NCBI GenBank assembly: GCA_964352275.1 | Contig: CAYGRF010000001.1 | Location: forward strand, 1-62,927 | Direction of reading: 5' to 3' | DNA: 62,927 nt | From: an uncultured Caulobacterales bacterium | GTDB taxonomy: Bacteria > Pseudomonadota > Alphaproteobacteria > Caulobacterales > Maricaulaceae | Shown: piece by piece, positions 18,945 to 29,087 of the stretch | Layout: each line of letters opens with the position of its first letter | How positions within the stretch are numbered: position 1 is the stretch's first letter | Position numbers and translations under genes: made by a program | The notes under the pieces: generated by a model | Database searches by the model: none | What the model was told of the DNA's origin: nothing | Seen by the model: only the letters and a program-made list of their open reading frames with translations

Positions 18945-20228
18945 TTATTCGTTAAAGAGACCAATTGCGGTCGCAGACGTGGCTTTTACGCCCGTGTCCA
19001 AAGCCAGCTTAGCATCCGGGGCAAACTTGGCAGAATGCAGAGACGGCAAGCGTGTTCCCTCACGCTTTGCTTGTGCAACGTCCTTGGGATTGGCCGCCCC
19101 TAACCAAAACAGAAGGCTGGGAATTTTCGGGTTTGTGCGGCCAAAATGCGAAAAGTCCTCCGCGCCCATCACTGGAGAAATAAATTTAACATTGTCCGCT
19201 CCGATGGCGGGCTTCATAAAGAGCGCAGCTTTATCGGTTAGGACTGGATTATTATATGTGGCAGGAGCCGATTCATCCAGCAAGGTGACCTTTGGTAGCT
19301 TATCTTCAGGCAGCCCCGCCGCACGGCCTAGATTTTCGGCCACGCGCGTAATCCCTTCAAGCGTATGCGCGCGCACTTCGTCCGTATATGAGCGCACGGT
19401 CAATTGTAAATTGACATCATTGCCAATAATGTTGCGTTTGGTGCCGCCCTGGATAACGCCCACAGTGATGACAGCTGCCTCTTGCGGAGAGGTCTCGCGC
19501 GAGACAATTGTTTGCAGCGCTAATATTATCTGAGCCGACAAAACAACAGGGTCTTTGGTACGGTGCGGGTATGCGCCGTGACCTCCAATCCCGAATACGT
19601 CAATATTGACAGAGTCCACATTGGCGAGCGCGTAACCCGGAACAAGACCGACTTCGCCCGCCGCCATGCCAGAATTGACATGCAGAGCCAGATTGTAATC
19701 AGGACGCGGAAACTTAGTGAAAAGACCGTCCGCGAGCATGGCCTGCGCGCCTTTCACAATTTCTTCGGCTGGCTGCAAAATCAACATAAGCGTTCCTGAC
19801 CAAGCGTCTTTTTGCGCCATCATTTCTTGCGCAGTTCCCAGCAACGACGTCATATGCACATCATGTCCGCAAGCATGCATGACAGGATGCGTCTCGCCCG
19901 CTGCGGCTTGGCGCATAACCCGGCTGGCATATTCAAGCCCGGTGTCTTCTTTCACGGGCAAACCGTCCATGTCCGCGCGGATCATGATCGTTTTACCGGG
20001 GCCGTTCTCAAAAAGCGCAACAACACCGGTCCCGCCAAAGCTTTCAGTAACGTCATAGCCCAATGCGCGTAATTCTGCCGCCATAAAGCTAGCGGTTTCG
20101 GTCTCCATGAGAGACAATTCGGGATTTGCATGTAAATGCTTGTAGACTGTCATTAAGTCAGCCGCACTCGCCTGAGAACTCATCGCAAATCCGAGGCAAG
20201 CGCCAATGAGCCATGTTTTGAGTCTCAT
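18945..20228 (-). CDS. exported M20D-family amidohydrolase (hippurate hydrolase / aminoacylase-like)
   Basis: Signal peptide MRLKTWLIGACLGFAMSSQASA. HACGHDVH, GGHGAYPH and QPAEE motifs. GGAG lies 7 nt before the ATG at 20228. Confidence 0.8.
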   Translation of the reverse strand: MRLKTWLIGACLGFAMSSQASAADLMTVYKHLHANPELSLMETETASFMAAELRALGYDVTESFGGTGVVALFENGPGKTIMIRADMDGLPVKEDTGLEYASRVMRQAAAGETHPVMHACGHDVHMTSLLGTAQEMMAQKDAWSGTLMLILQPAEEIVKGAQAMLADGLFTKFPRPDYNLALHVNSGMAAGEVGLVPGYALANVDSVNIDVFGIGGHGAYPHRTKDPVVLSAQIILALQTIVSRETSPQEAAVITVGVIQGGTKRNIIGNDVNLQLTVRSYTDEVRAHTLEGITRVAENLGRAAGLPEDKLPKVTLLDESAPATYNNPVLTDKAALFMKPAIGADNVKFISPVMGAEDFSHFGRTNPKIPSLLFWLGAANPKDVAQAKREGTRLPSLHSAKFAPDAKLALDTGVKATSATAIGLFNE

Positions 20229-20250
20229 GAGTATCTCCAAGATTTAGCGG

Positions 20251-21687
20251 CTATTCCGCATCGCTACGAAAATCGACATCCGCTTCTGATGCCATCCAGA
20301 CAAACCCTGCCCACGCGGCGACATTTTGCGCGATAGCGTCCTTGTCAATTTTGTCAAACGTATCATCGGGCGTATGGTGATAATCAAAATAGTCCGTGCC
20401 GTCTTGCTGCAGGCGGAATACGGGAACCCCGGCGCGCGCCAGCGGAATAATATCCGGCCCGCCTTCAGTCGGATAGTCTTCCCATACAATACCCAAATGC
20501 GCGATAGATTTCTGGATGTCTTTTATGGTGTTTCTTGCCGCGCCTTTGGTTGAGGTTCTGACCGCGTAAACGCGTTCCGCGCCAAAATCCGACTCGCTCG
20601 CGAGCACATGATTGCCGAGCTCATCTTTATGCTGATCCGCATACGCAAATCCGCCGAGCAAGCCGACCTCTTCTGCGCCGTATGCTACAATGCGGATTGT
20701 CCGCTTGGGTTTATACCCCGCATCCAAGATCACTTTGGCTGCACCTGCCGATATGCCGATACCGGCACCATCATCAAGCGCCCCGGTTCCCAAGTCCCAG
20801 CTATCGAGGTGACCTGAAATAAGAATAATCTCATCGGGTTTTTCTGTCCCGATAATTTCACCAATCACGTTGCCGGAAATCATATCTCCGGTTCGTCGCG
20901 GTGTCAGTGTGAGTTTAAGGCGTACAGTCTCACCGCGCGATAGTGTCCGCTCTAATTGATCGGCATCCGGCGCCGATAGCGCTCCGATAGGGATTGCAGG
21001 CACATCATCGGCGTAACGCATTTGACCGGTATGCGGAAAGCGGTGCGAATCCGTTCCAACTGAGCGTATCACAACCGCAGCCGCGCCGCGCTTTCCCGCT
21101 TCTGTCGCGCCGCGTTGGCGTTTAAGATTCGCAGGGCCGTAACCTGCACCGTCATGTGCTTTATCCATAAGACCTGAAATGAATACGATCTTACCTTCTA
21201 GTCCGCCCTCAGGCGCCGCCTCCAAATCTTCGAATGTCTCGAAATAAACTATATCTGCCTCAACCCCTCCCGGCGGCGTTGCCACTGAGCCCCCTAATGC
21301 GGTGATATAAAGGGCTTGCGGATTAGGAGAAAGAATTTCTGCCGTTTCCACGCCGCGTTCCCATCCTGGAATTGTAAACTCTTCGGTGCGTACATTTTGG
21401 AAACCCAGTTCCCTAAACTTGGCTTCTGCCCAGACACGCGCACGGGCTTCAGCCTCGGTACCCGCGAGGCGGGGCCCAATTTCTGTCGTCAGTGATTCTG
21501 TGATGTCGTAAGCATGCGTTCCACTTAGCGCGACATCGATCAGGTTTTGAACCTCCGGCGAAGCAGTAGATACTATCGCAGCGGTTTTTGCTTGTGTTTC
21601 ACTTTGTGCTGCATCTGTTGAAACGGACTGTGCAGAGCACCCGGCCAGTACCAAACCCAACGCGGCACCTAATAATAATTTTTTCAT
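20251..21687 (-). CDS. M28-family aminopeptidase lipoprotein with PA domain
   Basis: Lipobox LAGCS. SGHLDSWDLGTGALDDGAG, GAEEVGLLG and DYHHTPDDT are Zn-ligand motifs of M28. Confidence 0.8.
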   Translation of the reverse strand: MKKLLLGAALGLVLAGCSAQSVSTDAAQSETQAKTAAIVSTASPEVQNLIDVALSGTHAYDITESLTTEIGPRLAGTEAEARARVWAEAKFRELGFQNVRTEEFTIPGWERGVETAEILSPNPQALYITALGGSVATPPGGVEADIVYFETFEDLEAAPEGGLEGKIVFISGLMDKAHDGAGYGPANLKRQRGATEAGKRGAAAVVIRSVGTDSHRFPHTGQMRYADDVPAIPIGALSAPDADQLERTLSRGETVRLKLTLTPRRTGDMISGNVIGEIIGTEKPDEIILISGHLDSWDLGTGALDDGAGIGISAGAAKVILDAGYKPKRTIRIVAYGAEEVGLLGGFAYADQHKDELGNHVLASESDFGAERVYAVRTSTKGAARNTIKDIQKSIAHLGIVWEDYPTEGGPDIIPLARAGVPVFRLQQDGTDYFDYHHTPDDTFDKIDKDAIAQNVAAWAGFVWMASEADVDFRSDAE

Positions 21688-21923
21688 AACTCACCTCATT
21701 CTTGCCACTTTGCTTACAGGGGAGAAGCGCAAGGGCAAAGCCAAAAATCAACCTTTTAATTTCACTAACGTCGCTTTTCAGCACGATTCATGCCCCAAAC
21801 AATCATATCTGATTAAATCACAGACATCGTTTAAGTATGACGCCAATCCATTCACCGTGCATTCAGGAGCTTTACACCATCAGAGCGCGCTCACGAAGCG
21901 GGGCTGCTGAAGGAGTTATCTTG

Positions 21924-22331
21924 ATGATGACGGTTTTACTCACGTTTGGATTACTGATCCTGATTATGTATATTGTGAAGGTCTTTGTTCTAACCAGCAA
22001 GCAAGACAAGTGCTTCCGGCGCATATGGGCCATGAACATGGCAGAATTTAATGCGGAAAAAGATGAAACATATGAACAACTTTTTTCAGTCTACGACCTC
22101 GATTTTTCACACCCGCGCTTGGAGACTAAAAAGCTCGATACACTCATGAAAGATGCCTTAGAGTTCGACTTGAAGAAAAATCAGTATTCTAACGGCATAT
22201 ATATTGCGCCGATTGTCCAAAACGAAATCAAATACCGTATGGAATCTACCGGAAAATTACCCCAATTCAAAATTTGGGCAAAGACATTAAAGTCTAAGGG
22301 CGCGTTCCTCACCGAACAGATCGGAGTTTAA
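21924..22331 (+). CDS. hypothetical small membrane-anchored protein
   Basis: AGGAG lies 8 nt before the ATG at 21924. N-terminal TM MMTVLLTFGLLILIMYIVKVFVL. No recognisable motifs. The DNA looks locally AT-richer. Confidence 0.45.
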   Translation: MMTVLLTFGLLILIMYIVKVFVLTSKQDKCFRRIWAMNMAEFNAEKDETYEQLFSVYDLDFSHPRLETKKLDTLMKDALEFDLKKNQYSNGIYIAPIVQNEIKYRMESTGKLPQFKIWAKTLKSKGAFLTEQIGV

Positions 22332-22430
22332 TCCTTGAAGCCGAGCATTTGAATAAAATTTCACCTTTTCAAATATGAGTGTTTATGTTTCAACAGCACT
22401 TACACAGTCATAATTGATTTGGGGATAATC

Positions 22431-24098
22431 ATGAAGAAAATCACACTTATATTTTTAAGTGCCGCCATGCTGGCTCTACCCGCTTGCGGCTCAAACACGC
22501 CGGACGCGGCAGATACAAAAGCCAAACCGCCAATTGCTTCGGCCGCAGAAATCGGGCGCCGTATTAAGACGCTATCATCGGATGAGTTTCAGGGCCGAGC
22601 GCCCGGCACAGAAGGCGGCAAATTGGCCGCGCAATATATTGCTGACGAGATGAAAGCCGCCGGACTTGTACCCATGGGCAAAGATGGTACATATTTTCAA
22701 CCCGTGAAGCTGACTGAAACTATAGCCCTTCCCGAATCGACAATGACGATCTCAAAAGACGGCGCAGCCATCATCAGTGCGGACCAATCCACAAACGGTG
22801 TTTTTTGGACGAAACGGCTCGATCCCACGATCACGATTAACAATAGCGATCTTGTATTCGTCGGTTACGGTGTTGTCGCGCCGGAATATGGCTGGGATGA
22901 TTATGCCGGATTGGACGTTAAAGGCAAAACGGTTGTGATGCTGGTCAATGATCCGGGGTTTGGCTCTCAGGACGAAGCCTTGTTTAAGGGCAATACCATG
23001 ACCTATTATGGCCGCTGGACGTATAAGTTCGAAGAAGCCGGACGCCAAGGCGCTGCTGCGGCATTGATTATCCACGAAACCGCGCCCGCCAGCTATGGCT
23101 GGGGCGTTGTCTCCGGAAGCTGGACTGGCGCGCAGTACGACTTGGTGCGTCCAGACGGCGGCGCAAGCCGCACACTGATGGAAGGCTGGCTGCATTATGA
23201 TGCGGCAAAATCAGTGATGGATAATGCCGGATTAGACCTTGAGGCCCTGAAAGCCCAATCGATCGTTAAGGGCTTTCAACCCGTTCCTATGGACGGCCTC
23301 AGCCTTTCAGCATCCCTCACACAAGACATCAAAACCGTTGAGTCCAACAATGTTGCGGGCGGCGTTATCGGGACAAAATACCCGGATGAATATGTCCTCT
23401 ACATGGCTCACTGGGATCATCTGGGCATGGACCCAAGCGCCGAAGGCGACCAAATATCCAACGGCGCAGTTGATAACGCAACGGGCACCGCCGCAATTAT
23501 TGAGATTGGCGAAGCGTTTGTACAACAAGGCGCGCCGGAGCGTTCTGCCATTTTTGTCGCTGTCACAGCCGAAGAATCCGGCTTACTGGGATCTGCTTAT
23601 TACGGCGCAGATCCGCTGGTTCCGCTGGATAAAACAGTCGGCGGTATCAATATTGACGCGATTTTGCCGGTCGGCAAAACACGGGATATGATCGTCGTCG
23701 GATACGGCGCGTCCGAGCTCGAAGACCGTCTCAAAGCGGTTCTGGAACCGCGCGGTATGTATGTTGTGCCCGATCCTACGCCTGAGGCCGGATATTATTA
23801 CCGCTCGGATCATATCAGCCTCGGTAAACTCGGCGTTCCGATGCTCTACTCCGACAGCGGTATTGACCACATTACCAAAGGCAAAGAATACGGCGCCGCG
23901 TTTGAAGAAGACTACCGGATCAACCGCTATCATAAACCATCTGACGAATATGATGATAGCTGGGACTTGTCCGGCATGGAAATGACCAGTGAAATCCTGT
24001 TTGAGCTTGGCTATGATCTGGCCAATAGCCGCGATTGGCCAAATTGGTATGAAGGCACGGAGTTCAGGGCGCTTCGGGATAAGATGCTCGCCGAGTAA
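22431..24098 (+). CDS. M28-family metallopeptidase lipoprotein with PA domain
   Basis: Lipobox LPACGS. MAHWDHLG, NGAVDNATG, TAEESGLLGS and YHKPSDE motifs. Confidence 0.8.
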   Translation: MKKITLIFLSAAMLALPACGSNTPDAADTKAKPPIASAAEIGRRIKTLSSDEFQGRAPGTEGGKLAAQYIADEMKAAGLVPMGKDGTYFQPVKLTETIALPESTMTISKDGAAIISADQSTNGVFWTKRLDPTITINNSDLVFVGYGVVAPEYGWDDYAGLDVKGKTVVMLVNDPGFGSQDEALFKGNTMTYYGRWTYKFEEAGRQGAAAALIIHETAPASYGWGVVSGSWTGAQYDLVRPDGGASRTLMEGWLHYDAAKSVMDNAGLDLEALKAQSIVKGFQPVPMDGLSLSASLTQDIKTVESNNVAGGVIGTKYPDEYVLYMAHWDHLGMDPSAEGDQISNGAVDNATGTAAIIEIGEAFVQQGAPERSAIFVAVTAEESGLLGSAYYGADPLVPLDKTVGGINIDAILPVGKTRDMIVVGYGASELEDRLKAVLEPRGMYVVPDPTPEAGYYYRSDHISLGKLGVPMLYSDSGIDHITKGKEYGAAFEEDYRINRYHKPSDEYDDSWDLSGMEMTSEILFELGYDLANSRDWPNWYEGTEFRALRDKMLAE

Positions 24099-25144
24099 TG
24101 CCAGCGCCTATACGCGTCAAATTTCTAGCCAGAACGTCCGCCGATCAAGATCCGGCGCTCTGGCTTTCGCTTTTTGCAAAGCGTGCGCCCAAATTTGGCG
24201 ATTGTGAGTTTATCTTTGATCTTGGCACGCAAAGCTATGATTGGCTGGTTGTCTATGAAGATTTGACGTTCCTGCCCGGTGAAACACGGTCAAATCGATC
24301 TGAAATACTCGCGTGTGCGCGAGAGAACACCCTCTTCATCACCACCGAGCCAACGTCTATAAAAATTTACGGGCCGCATTATTTGCGGCAATTCGGGCAT
24401 GTTTTAAGCGTACAGCCGCGTAATATTATAAGTCACCCGAACCAAATTTTTGAGACGCCGCCCCTGCGTTGGTATTACGGGCGGCCATTATCCCCGGATG
24501 ATAACGAGTATATTGACATTGATACTTACGCAGCAACGCCGCCGCTGGAAAAAACGGCTCAGCTCTCCGCAGTCTGTTCAGACAAGCAAATGACGCCGAC
24601 CCTGAAACAGAGATATGATTTCACGGCAGGACTGAAAGCACGGCTAGGCGATGATTTTGACTGGTTCGGGCGCGGCATACGCCCAATTTCAGACAAAGCC
24701 GAGGCCATGGATCGGTTTCGGTATCACATTGCTATTGAAAACCACATCGAGCCGCATCACTGGACAGAAAAAATCGCTGACTGTTTTCTGGCCTATTGTC
24801 TGCCGTTTTATTACGGCCCGCCGAATATCAATGATTATTTCCCCAAAGAGAGCATCATACCCATAGATATATTCGACTCTGAGGGCGCGGCACGCATTAT
24901 AAAAAATGCCATCGACAATGGTGAATATGAAAAACGCCTCCCCGCAATCATCGAAGCCCGAAAGAGGGTTTTAACGGATTATAATATGATGAGCACCATC
25001 TCGCGGCTCATAAAAGAGCGCCATAACGCAACCCTGCCAGCAAAGCCTAACCAATATATATATGGCCGCCATATATTCCGGCATAAGCACCCCGTTGCGG
25101 CTGCAATAGATGCCCTGCACTGCGCGAGGCATAGCACAAAATAA
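24098..25144 (+). CDS. glycosyltransferase family 10 (fucosyltransferase)-like protein
   Basis: YHIAIENHIEPHHWTEKIADCFLAYCLPFYYGPPNINDYFP resembles the GT10 C-terminal motif, roughly (F/I)xxENSxxxGYxTEKxxDA...P(I/V)YxG...F. No signal peptide. The start overlaps the upstream stop (TAATG). Confidence 0.55.
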   Translation: MPAPIRVKFLARTSADQDPALWLSLFAKRAPKFGDCEFIFDLGTQSYDWLVVYEDLTFLPGETRSNRSEILACARENTLFITTEPTSIKIYGPHYLRQFGHVLSVQPRNIISHPNQIFETPPLRWYYGRPLSPDDNEYIDIDTYAATPPLEKTAQLSAVCSDKQMTPTLKQRYDFTAGLKARLGDDFDWFGRGIRPISDKAEAMDRFRYHIAIENHIEPHHWTEKIADCFLAYCLPFYYGPPNINDYFPKESIIPIDIFDSEGAARIIKNAIDNGEYEKRLPAIIEARKRVLTDYNMMSTISRLIKERHNATLPAKPNQYIYGRHIFRHKHPVAAAIDALHCARHSTK

Positions 25145-25147
25145 ACT

Positions 25148-25558
25148 CTAAACTTGCGTGATATTTGTCGGCCCCCAAAAGGCGCGCATTTCGGTGACTT
25201 TGTTGTCGTCGTTAAATTTGAACGTATCAATCACGTCGATTGTCATGCCGCCCGCCGGAAGTTCAACGTCTACAGCTTTGTCCACAGCTGTCATGGCCCC
25301 AACTGAAACCGTAAAAGCAAAGGCGGCGTGATCCGCCACAATACGCGTTGGTCCGTTTTGTACCAGCTTTGCGCCGTTTTTTACCGCTAAAGTATAGAAG
25401 GCCAATATAGCGTCCTTACCATTTTTAGGCGGCGTTCCAACCGGATCCGTAACGCTCGCATCATCAGCGTAAAGAGCCGCAATCCCGGCGGCGTCCTGCG
25501 CGTTGAATAAATCGATGTAAGCCAGTACTGACGCCGCCATTTTCTCGGGATTAGGCAT
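25148..25558 (-). CDS. ksi: steroid delta-isomerase (ketosteroid isomerase)-like, NTF2 fold
   Basis: ALYADDASVTDPVGTPP and HAAFAFTVS closely parallel the Comamonas testosteroni KSI strings ALFADDATVEDPVGSEP and EAAFAFTVS as I recall them. Tyr14 and Asp38 fall at the same positions, and a VIDTFKF Asp corresponds to Asp99. Confidence 0.7.
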   Translation of the reverse strand: MPNPEKMAASVLAYIDLFNAQDAAGIAALYADDASVTDPVGTPPKNGKDAILAFYTLAVKNGAKLVQNGPTRIVADHAAFAFTVSVGAMTAVDKAVDVELPAGGMTIDVIDTFKFNDDNKVTEMRAFWGPTNITQV

Positions 25559-25603
25559 ATAAAACTCCTATCAAGTTCTCTCAATTTGGGAGAGAGATTA
25601 AGC

Positions 25604-26062
25604 TTACGGAAAATACCGGCTGATTGTATCGACAACGCAGGCGGGTTTATCTTCACCTTCAATTTCGATGGTCACGCGCAGCGTCGATTGAAAGCCGCCT
25701 GGAACCTCTTTGATTTCCAAAAATTCTCCGTGGCCGCGAACGCGGGAGCCGACTTTGACCGGATTGATAAACCGCGTTTTTTCAGACCCGTAATTGATGC
25801 CCATGGACATATTTTCAATCTCTAAGATTTCCGGCATGAACTTGGCGGCCAGTGACAATGTCAGATAGCCGTGGGCAATTGTTGTCCCGAACGGCCCGGA
25901 CTTTGCGCGCGCTTCATCCACATGAATCCATTGATGATCGCCGGTTGCGTCCGCAAACGTATTCACGCGGTCTTGCGTCATATCCATCCACTCAGACGGA
26001 CCGATTTTAAGGCCTTCTTGCCCCAACAAGTCTCCCGGATTTTTAAATGTTGTTTTTGTCAT
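25604..26062 (-). CDS. MaoC-family (R)-specific enoyl-CoA hydratase (hot-dog fold)
   Basis: 152 aa. FADATGDHQWIHVDEARA...FGTTIAHG is the hydratase-2 motif. Confidence 0.8.
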   Translation of the reverse strand: MTKTTFKNPGDLLGQEGLKIGPSEWMDMTQDRVNTFADATGDHQWIHVDEARAKSGPFGTTIAHGYLTLSLAAKFMPEILEIENMSMGINYGSEKTRFINPVKVGSRVRGHGEFLEIKEVPGGFQSTLRVTIEIEGEDKPACVVDTISRYFP

Positions 26063-26135
26063 GCTTTAATATCCTTTTGGGAAAAGTGTTTGTCTCGGCA
26101 TATGCGAGCCACCAGAGGTTTTCAGCGCCTAACTA

Positions 26136-27284
26136 TCACAATCTTTCAATGATTGTCACATTAGCAACGCCGCCGCCTTCGCACATAGTTTGCAGACCAT
26201 AGCGCACTTTGCGGCGCTCCATTTCATGCAGTAATGTTGTCATTAACTTTGTGCCTGTTGAGCCAAGCGGATGACCAAGCGCAATCGCGCCGCCGTTCAC
26301 ATTGACCTTCTCATGCGGTATGCCTGTCTCGCGCATCCAAGCCATAGGCACGGGAGCAAAAGCTTCGTTACATTCGGCCAGATCAATATCATTCGCTGAC
26401 ATGCCTGCGCGCTTGAGAGCTCGCTGCGTTGCAGGAATAGGCCCGGTCAGCATCATGATCGGATCATCGCCCATCACGTCCATATGATGAATACGCGCGC
26501 GGGGCTTTAAATTATAACGCTTGACCGCATCTTCGGAGGCAATCAGCATCGCCGATGACCCGTCACAAGTTTGGCTGGCAACCGCTGCCGTAATCCGTCC
26601 GCCTTCTTGAAGAACCTCCAGATCGGCCATTTTCTCCAGCGTGGATTCGCGGATCGTTTCATCTTGCTCAAGGCCGTTGATCGGGCTGATTTCACGTTCA
26701 AACCAGCCTTGCTCGCGGGCATAGGCTGCTCTGCGGTGACTCTCAAAAGAAAACTCCTCAAGGTCGCGGCGGGATAAATCCCATTGTTTTGCTATAGCTT
26801 CCGCCCCGAAAAACTGGCTGACCGGAGCATTGCCGAACCGTTTAATCCATCCTTCAGAGCCTGAGAACGGGTCTTTAAAGCCTAGGTCTTGCGCGCAAAT
26901 CATCGCTGAGCCGATTGGAATTTTGCTCATTGTCTGTACGCCGCCAGCTATCACCACATCCTGCGTTCCGCTCATGACGGCCTGCGCAGCAAAATGTACG
27001 GCTTGTTGAGAGGAGCCGCATTGACGGTCAATAGTAACGCCCGGAACCGCGAGATCATATCCGGCCGTGAGCCAGCATGTCCGTGCAATATTGCCCGCTA
27101 AGGGCCCGATTGCGTCAAGACAGCCAAATATCACATCATCATATTCTGCTTCCGGTATATCGTTGCGTTCAACAATTTCGCGAATGATATGCGCGCCCAA
27201 ATCGGCTCCGTGAATGTCTTGTAGGCTTCCTCGCCGCTTACCCGTAGGCGTCCTTGCTGCGTCAATTATATAAGCTTCACCCAA
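26136..27284 (-). CDS. thiolase (acetyl-CoA C-acyltransferase, FadA5-like)
   Basis: IDRQCGSSQQA (nucleophile Cys), NEAFA, GHPLGSTG, CEGGGVA. Confidence 0.85.
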   Translation of the reverse strand: MGEAYIIDAARTPTGKRRGSLQDIHGADLGAHIIREIVERNDIPEAEYDDVIFGCLDAIGPLAGNIARTCWLTAGYDLAVPGVTIDRQCGSSQQAVHFAAQAVMSGTQDVVIAGGVQTMSKIPIGSAMICAQDLGFKDPFSGSEGWIKRFGNAPVSQFFGAEAIAKQWDLSRRDLEEFSFESHRRAAYAREQGWFEREISPINGLEQDETIRESTLEKMADLEVLQEGGRITAAVASQTCDGSSAMLIASEDAVKRYNLKPRARIHHMDVMGDDPIMMLTGPIPATQRALKRAGMSANDIDLAECNEAFAPVPMAWMRETGIPHEKVNVNGGAIALGHPLGSTGTKLMTTLLHEMERRKVRYGLQTMCEGGGVANVTIIERL

Positions 27285-27347
27285 ACTCGATTCTCCTATA
27301 ATACTTTTAATGTCTTGTAGGCCTATTGGCGGCTTAAAGTGCGACGC

Positions 27348-28247
27348 TTAACTGACAACGGGGAAATCATATTCATGACCCCATAAATCGCCAATCGTGG
27401 ATTGGGTTGGCTTAAAGTCCGCCCAATCCTCAACAGTTTTTCCGTCATATCCGACTTCAAATCCGATCCCGCCTGGCGCAAAAAAGTAAAACGACACCAT
27501 CTCATCATTCGCGTGGCGACCGAGGGAGGCAAATATGTGAAGTCCGGCGGCTTTCACGCGGTCCATACAGTAGCCAACCTCATCCATACTGCCCATTTCC
27601 GCCATAAGATGAATTACGCCCGTTGGATTAGGGAAATTATATAGCGCCAACGTGTGATGGCGGGGATTATCGGCATGCATGAAATATATACGCTGCGGCG
27701 GCATGCCCTCGGCGAAAGCAGGCAATGTGAGGTCATCACTAGGTCCAAAGCCCATGATATTGCAGTAAAAATCAATGGTTGCATCATTCTCAGGCGCTGG
27801 CAGCACCGCATGCCCTAGCCCCATCTCTCCGGTTTTAAATTCTTTTATACCGTGCCCCGGCTTAAAGGCCTTGCCAGCACTCCGGCCATGATAAATTTCA
27901 ACGCGGTTGCCGGACGGATCATGAAAAGAAGCGAACGCTTTGACCGCGCGCTGTCTTGCGCCGTCTGCATCGCCGCGTTCAACAGGAACGCCCCGGCTTT
28001 CAAGTTCGCCCAGTTGTGCATCATAAGCGGCTTCAGATGACATTTCATAAGCCGCCGATAAAAATCTATCGGCCTCGGCTTTGACGACCATATAGCGGAA
28101 CGGTTCATCATCCATCCGCAAGCACTGCACATCGCTGTGGCTGAGATCTTCAGCGACCTCGAAGCCCAAAACATCAACAGCAAATTTTGACCATCCTGCC
28201 GGGTCTTGCATTTCCAATATAACATAACCGAGATTTGCGACGCCCAT
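27348..28247 (-). CDS. hsaC: type I extradiol ring-cleavage dioxygenase (HsaC/TesB/BphC-like)
   Basis: Two VOC modules. NPRHHTLAL...GVIHLMAEM...LGRHANDEMVSFYFFAPGGIGFEVGY parallels M. tuberculosis HsaC (NPRHHSLAF...GIVHLMVEV...[25 protein letters not shown], from memory). Confidence 0.8.
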   Translation of the reverse strand: MGVANLGYVILEMQDPAGWSKFAVDVLGFEVAEDLSHSDVQCLRMDDEPFRYMVVKAEADRFLSAAYEMSSEAAYDAQLGELESRGVPVERGDADGARQRAVKAFASFHDPSGNRVEIYHGRSAGKAFKPGHGIKEFKTGEMGLGHAVLPAPENDATIDFYCNIMGFGPSDDLTLPAFAEGMPPQRIYFMHADNPRHHTLALYNFPNPTGVIHLMAEMGSMDEVGYCMDRVKAAGLHIFASLGRHANDEMVSFYFFAPGGIGFEVGYDGKTVEDWADFKPTQSTIGDLWGHEYDFPVVS

Positions 28248-28256
28248 GTCTTGCTC

Positions 28257-29087
28257 CTATCCAAACTTCAAAAAATCAATACTCGCCGCGTTAAACATAC
28301 GCGCATGTTCAATCATCACCCAATGCCCGCAGGCATTGACTTCAATGAGACGAGAATGCTCGTTCGCCTCGATACACGCTGCTTTGCCTTGCGGCGGCAT
28401 AAATTCGTCTTGCCGTCCCCAAAATGTGAGGATTGGGCAGCTCAGTTCTTTCATCCGGGCGCCCAGCGCAGGCGTTTTCATTGTCGTGAGAACTTCTTTG
28501 GGCTGATCTTGCGCAATAGCCCAACGCATGGTGATCAATGCATCGGTCACATGTTTGGGATCATAGGTAAACAACCGCATGACTTGGCCTTGCGTATCTT
28601 TGCTCATCCCCGCTTTGTTCGCATCCATCATTTTGGCAATCCCCGGCATGCCCCAATAGTCGCCTTGCTCTTCAAGGCAGCCCGGCCCCATAAGGATAAG
28701 TTTTTCGACAAAGTCCGGATAATCCAGCGCGATCTGAATAGCCACGCCGCCCCCGAGGGAATTACCGACAATGCTGCACCGCTCAACACCGATGGCTTTA
28801 AGACCCGCCATCAGCGTGTCACAAAACAGTTTGAGCGTGTAATCACCTAAATCAAGCGGTTTGTCTGTATAGCCAAAACCAATCATATCCGGCGCGATGA
28901 CCCGGTAGCCAGCATCAGCGAAGGCCTCGACATTGCCGCTGAAATTCGCCCACGCACTATTACCGGGCCCCGACCCATGCAAAAAAACGACAATAGGAGC
29001 GTTTTTTTCACCAAATTCGAGATAATGCATGCGGATTGGCCCCGCTTGCACATAATGGCCCTCTGGCGGGCCGCCCGGCTTAATCAT
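28257..29087 (-). CDS. hsaD: meta-cleavage product hydrolase, alpha/beta-hydrolase fold (HsaD/TesD/BphD-like)
   Basis: HGSGPG oxyanion motif, nucleophile elbow GNSLGG, C-terminal ACGHWVMIEH. Confidence 0.8.
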   Translation of the reverse strand: MIKPGGPPEGHYVQAGPIRMHYLEFGEKNAPIVVFLHGSGPGNSAWANFSGNVEAFADAGYRVIAPDMIGFGYTDKPLDLGDYTLKLFCDTLMAGLKAIGVERCSIVGNSLGGGVAIQIALDYPDFVEKLILMGPGCLEEQGDYWGMPGIAKMMDANKAGMSKDTQGQVMRLFTYDPKHVTDALITMRWAIAQDQPKEVLTTMKTPALGARMKELSCPILTFWGRQDEFMPPQGKAACIEANEHSRLIEVNACGHWVMIEHARMFNAASIDFLKFG

